DNA from: an uncultured delta proteobacterium
Lineage (GTDB): Bacteria; Myxococcota; Myxococcia; Myxococcales; Myxococcaceae
Assembly (NCBI GenBank): GCA_963796055.1
Contig: CAWCKH010000004.1
Span: forward strand, 2,496,001 to 2,560,000
DNA length: 64,000 bases
Direction: 5' to 3'
Shown in pieces: positions 16,775 to 26,351 of this stretch (within the stretch, counting starts at the first letter, position 1; every line of letters starts with the position of its first letter). Below the pieces are notes generated by a model that was given only the letters and a program-made list of their open reading frames with translations, made no database searches and was not told the origin of the DNA. A program made the translations under genes and the position numbers.

Positions 16775-19066
16775 ATGAACGTGAGGGAAGGTGAGGCGCT
16801 CCGGCCGGGCATCGCCGAGGCTCTGTTCGGAGACCGCGTCGTCCGCAATCCGCTGGTCCGCCGTCTGCTCGCACTCGACGCCGAGCTCCGCCTGGTCGCG
16901 ATGTCGTTGCTGGTCGGAGCACTGGTGTTCGTTCCCTACGTCGGCGCCGTCGGGCTCTGGGACCCCTGGGAGTCCCACTATGCCGAGGTCGCCCGGGAGA
17001 TGATCGCCCGGAACGACTACGTGCATCCCTACTGGGAGAGCAGCTGGTTCTTCTCCAAGCCACCGCTCACCATGTGGATGGACGTGCTGGGCATGGCCCT
17101 GGTCGGGACCAACCGAACCAGCGGCAAGCTGGCCCTGTACACCGAGTGGGGCATGCGGATGCCCATCGTGCTCCTGGTGCTCGCCTCGCTGGCGCTCCTC
17201 GCCCTGGCGCTGGGCCGGACGGTGAACCGCCGGGTGGGGATGGCCAGCACCGTGGTGCTCGCCACCATGCCCCTCTTCTTCCTCATCACCCGACAGGCGG
17301 TCACCGACACGCCGTTCGTCGCCACCCTCATCGCGGCGATGGCCTGCGCGATCATCGGTCTGTTCGACGAGAAGACGACGCACCGCACCGCCTGGTGGAT
17401 GGCGTTCTACGTCTTCTGCGGCCTGTCCACCCTGGCGAAGGGGCTCCTGGGCGTTGGGTTGCCCGCCGTCATCCTCCTCTGCTACGCGCTGGCCTGCGTC
17501 TTTCCGTGGGACGAGGCCGGACGCACCGCCCACTGGCGCTGGTTGACCAGCCCGGCGTACCGGAAGGAGGTCGCCCTCGGGAAGGAGCCGATGCCCGTGC
17601 TCTTCGCCGAGATGGCGCGCATGCGGCTCCTCACCGGGATCGCGGTGTTCCTCGCGGTCGCCGGGCCCTGGTTCGCCGTGATGTGCGCCTTCCCGGCGGT
17701 GGACAACGAAGGGAAGACGTTCTTCTACCGGTTCTTCATCCACGACCACCTGAACCGGCTCTTCGAGGGCGTTCACACCACCACTCCGGGGGGTAGCTTC
17801 GTCTACTTCATCGAGCAGGGGGGCTACGCCGTCTTCCCCTGGGTGGCGCTCTTGCCTGGAGCCCTGGCGGTGGTGTCGCCGCTCCGCCTCCGCAAGCTCG
17901 ACGTCCGGAGCAGGGTGGCGTTCATTGCCCTGGTGTGGGCCCTCTTCAGCTTCCTGCTGATGGACGCCTCGGCGACCAAGTTCCACCACTACGTGCTGCC
18001 CGTTCTGCCCGGGGTGGCGATCCTGGTCGCGCTGTTCCTCGACCGGCTCTGGGAGGACGGACCGGCCGCGCACGCCGTTCCGCTGCTGCTGGGCGCGGTG
18101 CTCTTCTTCCTGGTGGGCAAGGACCTCGCCACCACCCCCAAGGACTTCACCGACCTCTTCGTCTACAACTACGAGCGCGCCTATCCGCACGAGCTGGACA
18201 CGCGGGCCGTGGTCTTCGGCTGGTCGCGCCGGCCGCTGATGACCGGTGACCTGGTCGCGGCGGTGCTGCTGGCGGTCGGCGCCTGGATGACGGTGGGCGC
18301 GGGAGGACAGGACCGTGCCGACCGTCTCCGGACCCGGATGCCCGGCCTCCTGGTGGCAGCGGTGGGGCTGGCCGCGCTCGCCACCACCAGCATTCCATCC
18401 CTGACCAGCCCGCTGACCTTGCTCGGCTTCCTGGTCCTCGGGGCCGCGGCGCTGGTGCTCTGGGGGGCGCTGAGCGCTCCGAGCCCGCACCGACGCTCGG
18501 CCATCGAGGTCGCGGCGGTCGGGGCCGTCGTCGGCGCGGTGCTGATCGCCGTTGCGGTGCTGGTTCCTCGGGCGAGCGCGCTGGCGCTCAACCTCCGAAC
18601 CCCGGTCAACGTGAAGATGGGGATGATCTGGGCCTTCACCATCGGTGGGGTGGCGGCAGCGCTCGGCGCCCTGCGGGGATCCCGGACGGGCCTGGTGGGG
18701 AGCCTCGGTGCGCTGGCGCTCGGATTCGCGCTGTGGTTCAGCTGGAGCCACTGGGTGGACCTGAGCCACCACTGGACGCAGCGCGACCTCTTCTGGCGCT
18801 ACTACGATCGGCGAGCCCCCGGTGAGCCCATCGTCGCCTATATGATGGACTGGAAGGGAGAGACCTTCTACAGCAAGAACACCGTCAAGCAGATCAAGGA
18901 CAGCCCCGCCCGCATGGCCGCGTTCGCCAACCTGCCGGGCCGCAAGTGGGCGCTGGTCGAGCACCCGCGCCTCGGACTGCTCCGCCAGGCGATTGGCCCG
19001 GAGCACCGCATCGAGCAGATTGACCGGGATCTCAACGTGAAGTTCGTGCTGGTCACCATCGATTGA
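16775..19066 (+). CDS. GT-C fold ArnT/PMT-like glycosyltransferase
   Basis: LWDPWESHYAEVAREM, FFSKPPL, LAKGLLG, TKFHHYVLP; many TM helices. Confidence 0.88.
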   Translation: MNVREGEALRPGIAEALFGDRVVRNPLVRRLLALDAELRLVAMSLLVGALVFVPYVGAVGLWDPWESHYAEVAREMIARNDYVHPYWESSWFFSKPPLTMWMDVLGMALVGTNRTSGKLALYTEWGMRMPIVLLVLASLALLALALGRTVNRRVGMASTVVLATMPLFFLITRQAVTDTPFVATLIAAMACAIIGLFDEKTTHRTAWWMAFYVFCGLSTLAKGLLGVGLPAVILLCYALACVFPWDEAGRTAHWRWLTSPAYRKEVALGKEPMPVLFAEMARMRLLTGIAVFLAVAGPWFAVMCAFPAVDNEGKTFFYRFFIHDHLNRLFEGVHTTTPGGSFVYFIEQGGYAVFPWVALLPGALAVVSPLRLRKLDVRSRVAFIALVWALFSFLLMDASATKFHHYVLPVLPGVAILVALFLDRLWEDGPAAHAVPLLLGAVLFFLVGKDLATTPKDFTDLFVYNYERAYPHELDTRAVVFGWSRRPLMTGDLVAAVLLAVGAWMTVGAGGQDRADRLRTRMPGLLVAAVGLAALATTSIPSLTSPLTLLGFLVLGAAALVLWGALSAPSPHRRSAIEVAAVGAVVGAVLIAVAVLVPRASALALNLRTPVNVKMGMIWAFTIGGVAAALGALRGSRTGLVGSLGALALGFALWFSWSHWVDLSHHWTQRDLFWRYYDRRAPGEPIVAYMMDWKGETFYSKNTVKQIKDSPARMAAFANLPGRKWALVEHPRLGLLRQAIGPEHRIEQIDRDLNVKFVLVTID

Positions 19067-19989
19067 GCCGCATCGAGGTCCGCTCGCTCTCCAAGCAATT
19101 CGGTCCGCGCACCGCGGTGGAGGGGCTCGACTTCGACGTCGCCGCGGGAGAGGTCTTCGGCCTCCTCGGCCCCAACGGAGCGGGAAAGACCACCACGGTG
19201 CGCATGCTGACCGGGCTGCTGCGCCCCTCGTCCGGTGGAGCGACGGTGTGCGGCGTTCCCCTGGACGGCGACGGCGAGGCGCTCCGCTCCCGGGTGGGGT
19301 TGCTCACCGAGCAGCCGGGTCTGTACGACCGGCTCACCGCCCGCGAGAACCTGCGCTTCTTTCTCAAGCTGCACCACCGGGACACCCCCGAGGCCTGGGA
19401 CGCGGCACGCCGCTGGATGCAGCGCTTCGGGCTGGGTGGCAGGGAGGAGGACCGCTGCGGCACCTTCAGCAAGGGGATGCGGCAGAAGCTGGCCCTGATC
19501 CGGGCGCTGCTCCACGACCCACAGGCGCTGTTCCTCGACGAGCCCACCAGCGGGCTCGACCCCGAGTCGGCACGGGCGGTCCGCGAGGCGGTGGGCGAGC
19601 TCGCCGCCGAGGGCCGCACGGTGGTGCTCTGCTCGCACAACATGTCCGAGGTGGAGCGGCTCTGTGCCCGGGTGGCGGTGGTGAAGGGGCGGCTCCTGGC
19701 GGTGGGCACCGTGCCCGAGCTCCGGCGTCAGACCGGGGTGGTGGAGATCCACGTCGAGGGAAGCGCGGGGGCGGCAGGCGAGGCGCTGGGCTCCATCGTC
19801 CCCCCGTGCGTCTGGGTCGCCGAGGGCCATGCGCTGCGGGTCACCCTCGCCGCCGGGGTGGGCATTCCCGATGTGGTCGCCCTGCTGGCCCAGGCCCGGG
19901 TCCGCATCCATGCGGTGCTCCCGGCCCAGCGCGCGCTGGAGGACGTGTACCTCGAGCTCACCCGCGGCACCGAGACCGAGGTCACGTGA
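19063..19989 (+). CDS. ABC transporter ATP-binding protein
   Basis: GPNGAGKTT, FSKGMRQK, LFLDEPTSGLDP, CSH. Confidence 0.95.
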   Translation: MSRIEVRSLSKQFGPRTAVEGLDFDVAAGEVFGLLGPNGAGKTTTVRMLTGLLRPSSGGATVCGVPLDGDGEALRSRVGLLTEQPGLYDRLTARENLRFFLKLHHRDTPEAWDAARRWMQRFGLGGREEDRCGTFSKGMRQKLALIRALLHDPQALFLDEPTSGLDPESARAVREAVGELAAEGRTVVLCSHNMSEVERLCARVAVVKGRLLAVGTVPELRRQTGVVEIHVEGSAGAAGEALGSIVPPCVWVAEGHALRVTLAAGVGIPDVVALLAQARVRIHAVLPAQRALEDVYLELTRGTETEVT

Positions 19990-20786
19990 GCTTCCGGCTC
20001 CACCGCGCGCTGGCAGTCACCTGGAAGGAGGCGCTCGACCTCCGGAAGAACCCGGGGCTGCTGGCGAGCATGCTCGCGCTCCCGGCGGTGCTGGTTCTCG
20101 TCCCCACCGGGGTGGTGTGGGCGTGGCTCGGCCATCCGGACGAGGTCTCGTTCCGGACGATGGCGCAGTACTACGACCCCACGCTCCCCCTGAACGTGAA
20201 CCCGGTGCGCTTCATGGTCGACAAGCTGGTGGCGGACTGGTTCGGCATCTTCCTCCTGATGCCGGTATTCGTGCCGATCCTCATCTCCTCGCAGAGCGTG
20301 GCCGGGGAGAAGGAGCGGCGCACGCTCGAGCCGCTCCTCGCCGCGCCGGTGAGCGCCGCCGAGCTGGTGCTGGGCAAGAGCCTGGCCTCGGTGGTCCCGG
20401 CGGTGGCGATCACCTGGCTGTCGTTCGCGGTGTTCGTCGGCGCGGTGGACGCCGTGGCCTGGCCGCTGGTGCAGGGGCCGGTGCTCCCCAACGGCATGTG
20501 GCTGTTCGGCGTCGGCGTGGTGGCGCCACTGTTCGCCTTCCTCGGCAACGGGCTGGCGGTCCTGGTGTCGGCACGGGTCGGAGAGGCGCGTCTGGCGCAG
20601 CAGCTTTCGGCACTGGTGGTGCTTCCCCTGATGGGGCTGGTCGGCGGGCAGCTCGCGGGATGGATCCGCGCGGGCACGGGCTACTACGCCGTGCAGGGCG
20701 CGGTGGTGCTGGTGCTCGACATCCTGCTCGTCCGGGCGAGCGTCCGCCTCTTCGACCGCGAGCGCCTCGTCAGCCGCTGGATCTGA
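19986..20786 (+). CDS. ABC-2 type permease
   Basis: SVAGEKERRTLEPLLAAPVS...LVLGK; multiple TMs; GTGA overlap. Confidence 0.9.
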   Translation: MSFRLHRALAVTWKEALDLRKNPGLLASMLALPAVLVLVPTGVVWAWLGHPDEVSFRTMAQYYDPTLPLNVNPVRFMVDKLVADWFGIFLLMPVFVPILISSQSVAGEKERRTLEPLLAAPVSAAELVLGKSLASVVPAVAITWLSFAVFVGAVDAVAWPLVQGPVLPNGMWLFGVGVVAPLFAFLGNGLAVLVSARVGEARLAQQLSALVVLPLMGLVGGQLAGWIRAGTGYYAVQGAVVLVLDILLVRASVRLFDRERLVSRWI

Positions 20787-20930
20787 AATTCCTGCCCGGG
20801 GCGGTGCGCACCCCTGGACTCGCAACGCCGCGTGCTCCTGTGCGATCCTCGTGGCACGGAAGGCGCAAGGAGCAATCCTGCCGCCGTTGCCCCGTGATCA
20901 GCGACGAAAGCCCCTCCCGGGAGGTTCGCC

Positions 20931-22019
20931 TTGGGTCTGTTCGACGGTCTGAAGGGTGAAGCGCAGCGCAACTTCATCGCCCGCTCCGACGCGGCGAAGA
21001 ACGACATCCTCTACGCCTATCCGGAGCGAAACGTCCGGATGATGACCCAGCTCACGGTCGGCGCGGACGAGGTGGCCATCTTCGTCAAGGACGGCCAGGT
21101 GCAGGGGAAGCTCGGGCCGGGGCGCCACACCCTGGACACGCAGAACATCCCCTTCCTCGGCCGGTTCATCGAGGCCTTCACCGGGGGGAACCTCTTCGTT
21201 GCCGAGATCTACTTCGTCGGCCTGCGCGAGTTCCCCGGGGTGAAGTTCGGCGGACCGATCGGCGACGTGCGGGATCCAGAAACCGGCCTGGGCATCGGGA
21301 CCATGGTCTACGGCGACTTCTCGGTGAAGGTGACCGAGCCCGAGAAGCTCATCCTCGGCCTGGTCGGTCTGCGGCGGACGAGCAACGAGGAGTTCCTGGC
21401 CTGGTTCAAGAGCCAGGTGCTCAAGGTGGTGCGCGACCAGATCGCCGAGCTGCTGGTGAAGAAGAAGTGGCCGCTGCTCGACGTGACCTCGGGGGCGTAC
21501 ACCGAGGAGATTGAGCAGGACGTGATCGCCGGGTTCAAGCCGCACGTCGACGGCTACGGCCTCACCATCGTCCGGATGGGCAACTTCACCGTGTCCATCA
21601 AGGACGAGGACGAGGCGACCCTGAAGCGGCTGACCAAGGACACCGCGTACAGCAAGCTCGCCGGCGGCTTCCAGCAGTACGCGCAAGGACAGGCGATGCT
21701 CGGCGCGGCCGAGGGCATGGCCAAGGGCGGGGAGGGCGGCGGGAGCGCACTCCAGGGTGCGGGGCTGGGCATCGGATTCGGGATGGCGCAGGCGTTCCAG
21801 CAGGGGCAGCAGCGTCCCCCGGCGGCGCCTGTCGCTCCGGCGCCGATGGCAGCAGCGGGGACCCCGTGCCCGAAGTGCGGAACGGTCGGGACCGGGAAGT
21901 TCTGTGGCAACTGTGGCGAGCCGCTGGCGCCGGTGGTGCGCAAGTGCACCGAGTGCGGCTCGGACCTGGGCCCGAGCGCGAAGTTCTGCGGGAACTGCGG
22001 GAAGCCGGTCACGGGCTGA
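20931..22019 (+). CDS. SPFH/band-7 domain protein with C-terminal double zinc ribbon (YdjI-like)
   Basis: QLTVGADEVAIFVKDG...LGPGRHTLDTQNIPFL; four CxxC pairs at the C-terminus; TTG start with GGAGG SD. Confidence 0.88.
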   Translation: MGLFDGLKGEAQRNFIARSDAAKNDILYAYPERNVRMMTQLTVGADEVAIFVKDGQVQGKLGPGRHTLDTQNIPFLGRFIEAFTGGNLFVAEIYFVGLREFPGVKFGGPIGDVRDPETGLGIGTMVYGDFSVKVTEPEKLILGLVGLRRTSNEEFLAWFKSQVLKVVRDQIAELLVKKKWPLLDVTSGAYTEEIEQDVIAGFKPHVDGYGLTIVRMGNFTVSIKDEDEATLKRLTKDTAYSKLAGGFQQYAQGQAMLGAAEGMAKGGEGGGSALQGAGLGIGFGMAQAFQQGQQRPPAAPVAPAPMAAAGTPCPKCGTVGTGKFCGNCGEPLAPVVRKCTECGSDLGPSAKFCGNCGKPVTG

Positions 22020-22059
22020 CCGCGGCCGAGGCGTTCCTCGAGGCGCACGTCGGCGACCC

Positions 22060-23895
22060 TCACTTCGTCGCCGCACCGGTCCCCGGGGCCGAGGGTGCAG
22101 CCGCCGCCGTCCCCGCGTCGGGAGCTCCCTCGACTCGTGCTGCGGCCGGGGTCACGGCCGGAGCGGCCGCGGGAGCAATGCCCACCGGAGCCGTGTCGGC
22201 GCTGGCTGCGCTCACTGGCGGGGCGGGCGCAGGGGGAGACGGCGCCGCCGGCGGCTTCGCCGAGGGCCCCGAGCCCGGCGCCTCGGCTCCCGTCCCCGAC
22301 AAGCGCGGCAGCACCGTGGCGACGAACGCGTCCGGGGCCACCCCTGGGTCCCCGAGAGCCCGGGCGAGCCCATCCGGGTCGAGCCCGTTCCCCGGGGCGA
22401 GCAGCGGCTTCAGGAACGCGCCGGCGGCCGGGTCCCGCCACCAGCTCGGGCCGAACTTCCGGACCAGGGCCGCGCGGAGCTGCGCCCCCAGCAGCCACCC
22501 CCGCAGGTAGTCCGCCGCCCCCAGCGTCGCCTCCTCGTCCAGGGTGATGCGGGCCTCGTCCTGCGCGGTCCCGGGCAGGCCGTAGGCCCGGTCCATCGTC
22601 GTCCGGTACGTGGCGTGGGGGTCGGCTCCGGGTCGGCTCGCCGCGATGTTGAACAGCACCTTCCCCGCCGCACGGCGGACCAGGAACAGCTCCTGCACCG
22701 CGACCCCCTGGACCCAGGTCCGGCTCGCGTCGGGCGAGAGCCCGGCCTGCTCGAGCCATGCCGGCTCGGTGGTGAGCGACTCGAGCAGCGCGGCGAAGGC
22801 CTCGGCGTTGGTGCGGTTGCCGAGCTTCGCCAGCTCGAACCGGCGCTCCTCGGTGAATGCATCGTGCACCGCGTGGCCGAACTCGTGGAGGGCGCTGCGC
22901 TGATCCCGGGCGCCGCCCACCGGCTTGAGCGAGATGCGCACGTCGGTGGGGATCACCACCCCCAGCACCAGGCCGCGCGGGTTCTTCTTCGGAGAATCTC
23001 CCGCGTCGAGGGTGACCGACTTCAGCGCCGCCGGGTCGAGCTGCAACGGTTCGAGAGTGGCCCGGATTCGCCACACCACCTCGGCGCGCTTGAAGCCCTC
23101 GGTCGGGGGAAGCCGTACCAGCCGCGGGAGGTCCTGCCGCCCGACGCGGTCCAGAGGCACCTGGAGCTCACGCTGGGCCAGCCGGGTCAAGGTGGCGGTC
23201 CAGGCGTCCTGGGTCCGGCTCAGCACCGCGTCGGCGAGCGCGCCGAGCTGGTCGGGCGTCGCCTCGCGCAGCTCCGTGGCCCAGGCACCGGGCTCGAGGT
23301 TGAGCGTGGGGAGAAGCTCGGCAGCCCTCGCCCCGCGGCGCTCCAGCAGCGCGGACACCTTCACCACCGCCGGGGTGGCTGCCTCGTAGATCTGTCTCCT
23401 CCGGAGCGCGCTCTTCTCTGCGGCGAGAATGGACTCGAGGTTCCGGTAGGGCCGATCGGTGCCCGCGACCTTGAAGGTCAGCGACTGCTCGAGGGTGGCG
23501 ATGGCGTCGGACACGTCCGCGAGCTGCTGCGCCATCCACTCCCCGGCGAGGTAGGCGTGGAGGTGGTCGAGCGCCCGGCGCTCGCGGCCGTCGGTGGTCA
23601 GCGCACGCATCCGGGTCACCTTGGCCACCGCGTCGGGGGTGAGCCAGGCCTCGGTCCCCACGTAGCTCTTCGCCAGGTCCGCCGGCACACCCTCGATCCA
23701 GTACTTCCACACCACCTCGTCCTGACCCCGGAGGAGCGCCTCCGCCTTCGAGGAGAGGTCGGCCACCGCCGGCGCCAGCGCATCGCGCTCCGAGGTGACG
23801 GTCGGAGAGGCGGCCGGAGCATCCGGAGCGACGGGCTGGCCTGCACAGGCGGAGAGGAAGAGCGCGGGGAGGACGTGCGAGAGCCGTGGACGCAT
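22060..23895 (-). CDS. Lipoprotein zinc metallopeptidase (gluzincin, M2/M3-like)
   Basis: Lipobox LSAC; HEFGH plus downstream NAEAF glutamate; Ala/Pro-rich tail. Confidence 0.72.
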   Translation of the reverse strand: MRPRLSHVLPALFLSACAGQPVAPDAPAASPTVTSERDALAPAVADLSSKAEALLRGQDEVVWKYWIEGVPADLAKSYVGTEAWLTPDAVAKVTRMRALTTDGRERRALDHLHAYLAGEWMAQQLADVSDAIATLEQSLTFKVAGTDRPYRNLESILAAEKSALRRRQIYEAATPAVVKVSALLERRGARAAELLPTLNLEPGAWATELREATPDQLGALADAVLSRTQDAWTATLTRLAQRELQVPLDRVGRQDLPRLVRLPPTEGFKRAEVVWRIRATLEPLQLDPAALKSVTLDAGDSPKKNPRGLVLGVVIPTDVRISLKPVGGARDQRSALHEFGHAVHDAFTEERRFELAKLGNRTNAEAFAALLESLTTEPAWLEQAGLSPDASRTWVQGVAVQELFLVRRAAGKVLFNIAASRPGADPHATYRTTMDRAYGLPGTAQDEARITLDEEATLGAADYLRGWLLGAQLRAALVRKFGPSWWRDPAAGAFLKPLLAPGNGLDPDGLARALGDPGVAPDAFVATVLPRLSGTGAEAPGSGPSAKPPAAPSPPAPAPPVSAASADTAPVGIAPAAAPAVTPAAARVEGAPDAGTAAAAPSAPGTGAATK

Positions 23896-23926
23896 GAAGG
23901 GGCGAACTGTACCGTCGCAGGCCGGG

Positions 23927-24913
23927 ATGCCCAATCCTTCGCAGTGGGCCGCGGCACGTGCCCGCCAGCTCCTCCAGCGCGCGATCCGCCAGCAGCTCGA
24001 GGCGCTGGGGTACCACGAGGTGGAGACGCCGCTGCTCGTGCCCGCGCCGGGGATGGAGCCCCACATCCGGGCCTTCGAGGTGCCGTTCGTACCCGAGACC
24101 GACCTCGGCCGGCCGCGTACCCTGTACCTGCACACCAGCCCCGAGTACGCGATGAAGCGGCTCCTCGCGGATGGGTCGGGGCCCATCTTCCAGATCTGCA
24201 AGGTGTTCCGGAACGGGGAGGTCAGCCCGACGCATAACCCCGAGTTCACGATGCTCGAGCTGTACCACCCCCACACCGACTACCGGGGGATCATGGACGA
24301 CCTCGAGGCGACCCTCGCCGCGGCGGCGACCGCGCTCGGCCGGTCCGACCCCTTCGCGCTACGACCTTACGAGCGGGTCACGGTGCGCGAGGCGCTGCTC
24401 CGCGAGACCGGCATCGATCTCCGCGCGGCGCCGGACGCCCCGGCGCTCGCCGAGGCCGCCCTCCGGGCCGGAGTGCGGACCGAGCCCGGGGACGGGTTCG
24501 ACGACGTCTTCTTTCGCCTTTTTCTGGAACGGCTGGAACCGCGACTTGGACGTGACCGGCCGGCGTTCCTGATCGACTATCCGGCGTCGATGGCCGCCCT
24601 CGCCCGGCTCAGCCCTCAGGACCCCTCGGTCGCCGAGCGCTTCGAGCTCTATGCCCACGGGCTCGAGCTGGCCAACGGGTTCTCCGAGCTGACCGACGCG
24701 GTGGAGCAGCGGCGCCGGCTGGAGGAGGAGCGCGCCTTCCGCCTCGCCCGGGGCCGACCCGCCTATCCGCTGGACGAGCCGTTCCTCGAGGCGGTGGGCC
24801 GGATGCCCCCGTCGGGCGGGGTGGCGATCGGCCTGGACCGGGTCCTGATGCTCCTCCTCGGGGCCGAGCGCATCGAGGACGTGCTGCTCTTCCCGGTGCA
24901 CGCGTTCCCATGA
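23927..24913 (+). CDS. epmA: EF-P lysine aminoacylase
   Basis: YLHTSPEYAMKRLLA, FRNGE...HNPEFTMLELY, ELANGFSEL, GVAIGLDR; no anticodon-binding domain. Confidence 0.93.
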   Translation: MPNPSQWAAARARQLLQRAIRQQLEALGYHEVETPLLVPAPGMEPHIRAFEVPFVPETDLGRPRTLYLHTSPEYAMKRLLADGSGPIFQICKVFRNGEVSPTHNPEFTMLELYHPHTDYRGIMDDLEATLAAAATALGRSDPFALRPYERVTVREALLRETGIDLRAAPDAPALAEAALRAGVRTEPGDGFDDVFFRLFLERLEPRLGRDRPAFLIDYPASMAALARLSPQDPSVAERFELYAHGLELANGFSELTDAVEQRRRLEEERAFRLARGRPAYPLDEPFLEAVGRMPPSGGVAIGLDRVLMLLLGAERIEDVLLFPVHAFP

Positions 24914-25653
24914 GAGGGCGAGAGCTTCTGCACACGGTGGTGACGTACACGGCAGTGGGGAGCAGCGCCCTCGTGGGCCCGGTGGTCATCGCTCTCTCGC
25001 CGGGGCATCCCGAGCGCGCCGATCCGGTCATCCGTGCCTGGTGCAACGCCGTGCTCGGCGCAGCGAGGGTGCGGGAGGACATCCGGGGGCTGGAGAATCT
25101 CCCCTCGGGGACGTGCGTGTTCGTCTGCAACCACCAGTCGAACTTCGACGCGCCGTTCGTCTTCGCCCGGCTGCCGAAGCACATCCGCTTCGTCGCCAAG
25201 CAAGAGCTGTACCGGATCCCCATCTTCGGCGCGGCGGTGAAGGCGATGGGCAACATCCGGGTCGAGCGCACCGGGGGGAGCGACGCCGACCATCAGGCCA
25301 TCCGGGCCGCAGTCGAGCAGGTCCGGACCCGGACCAGCATCCTCTTCTTCGCCGAGGGGACGCGCAGCATCGACGGGAAGCTCCGGCCCTTCAAGAAGGG
25401 GGCGGCGATCCTGGCCATCGACGCCCAGGTGCCGATCGTCCCGCTGGCGGTGGCCGGCGCGCACGAGATCACTCCCAAGGGCGGGTTGTTGGTGCACTCC
25501 GGCCGGCCGCTGGTGCTCCGCGTTGGAAAGCCAATTCCCACCACCGGGCTGACCCGCGCCGACCGTGACACCCTCACCCAGCAGGCGCACGATGCGGTGG
25601 CCGCGCTCCTCGAGGACGGGAACCAGCGGGTGGAGGCGATGCTTCGGTCATGA
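24910..25653 (+). CDS. plsC: 1-acyl-sn-glycerol-3-phosphate acyltransferase
   Basis: NHQSNFD, FAEGTRS, FKKGA. Confidence 0.9.
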   Translation: MRGRELLHTVVTYTAVGSSALVGPVVIALSPGHPERADPVIRAWCNAVLGAARVREDIRGLENLPSGTCVFVCNHQSNFDAPFVFARLPKHIRFVAKQELYRIPIFGAAVKAMGNIRVERTGGSDADHQAIRAAVEQVRTRTSILFFAEGTRSIDGKLRPFKKGAAILAIDAQVPIVPLAVAGAHEITPKGGLLVHSGRPLVLRVGKPIPTTGLTRADRDTLTQQAHDAVAALLEDGNQRVEAMLRS

Positions 25654-26351
25654 GCACCGGCAAGGACAGAGAGACCCTCGAGCGGCTGCTGGAGATGCGG
25701 TTCGCCGCGCACCCCTGGCACGGAGTTCCCATCGGCAAGGGCGCGCCGGAGGAGGTGACGGTCTACGTGGAGATCGTCCCCACCGACGCGATCAAGTACG
25801 AGCTGGACAAGGCCAGCGGGCATCTCCGCATCGACCGTCCACAGCTGTACTCCAGCTTCTCCCCCACGCTGTACGGCTTCATCCCCCAGACGTTCTGCGG
25901 CGAGTCGGTGGGCGCGCGCTGCGCCGAGCGCACCGGCCGCGCGCACGTGGAGGGCGACGGCGATCCGATGGACATCTGCGTGCTGAGCGAGCGCGACGTC
26001 AGCCACTCCGGCGTGCTGCTCCGGGCGCGCCCCATCGGCGGACTGCGGATGATCGACGGCAACCAGGCCGACGACAAGATCATCGCCGTGCTCGCAGGGG
26101 ACACCGCCTTCGGCCACCTCGGCGACGTGAGCGAGCTGCCGCACGGCATGCTCGACCGGTTCCGCCACTACTTCCTCACCTACAAGCAGATGCCGGGGGA
26201 GAAGCGCCCGGTGGAGATCCCCGAGGTCTACGATCGCGCCGAGGCCCAGGAGATGGTCCGCCGGAGCCAGGCCGATTACGCGAAGGAGTTCGGAGACCCG
26301 TCCGAGCGGGTGAACACCATGCTCTCGCTCCTCGGCCTGCGAGCGCGCTAG
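25650..26351 (+). CDS. ppa: Family I inorganic pyrophosphatase
   Basis: HPWHG, KYELDK, YGFIPQT, GDGDPMD, DDKIIAV. Confidence 0.92.
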   Translation: MSTGKDRETLERLLEMRFAAHPWHGVPIGKGAPEEVTVYVEIVPTDAIKYELDKASGHLRIDRPQLYSSFSPTLYGFIPQTFCGESVGARCAERTGRAHVEGDGDPMDICVLSERDVSHSGVLLRARPIGGLRMIDGNQADDKIIAVLAGDTAFGHLGDVSELPHGMLDRFRHYFLTYKQMPGEKRPVEIPEVYDRAEAQEMVRRSQADYAKEFGDPSERVNTMLSLLGLRAR

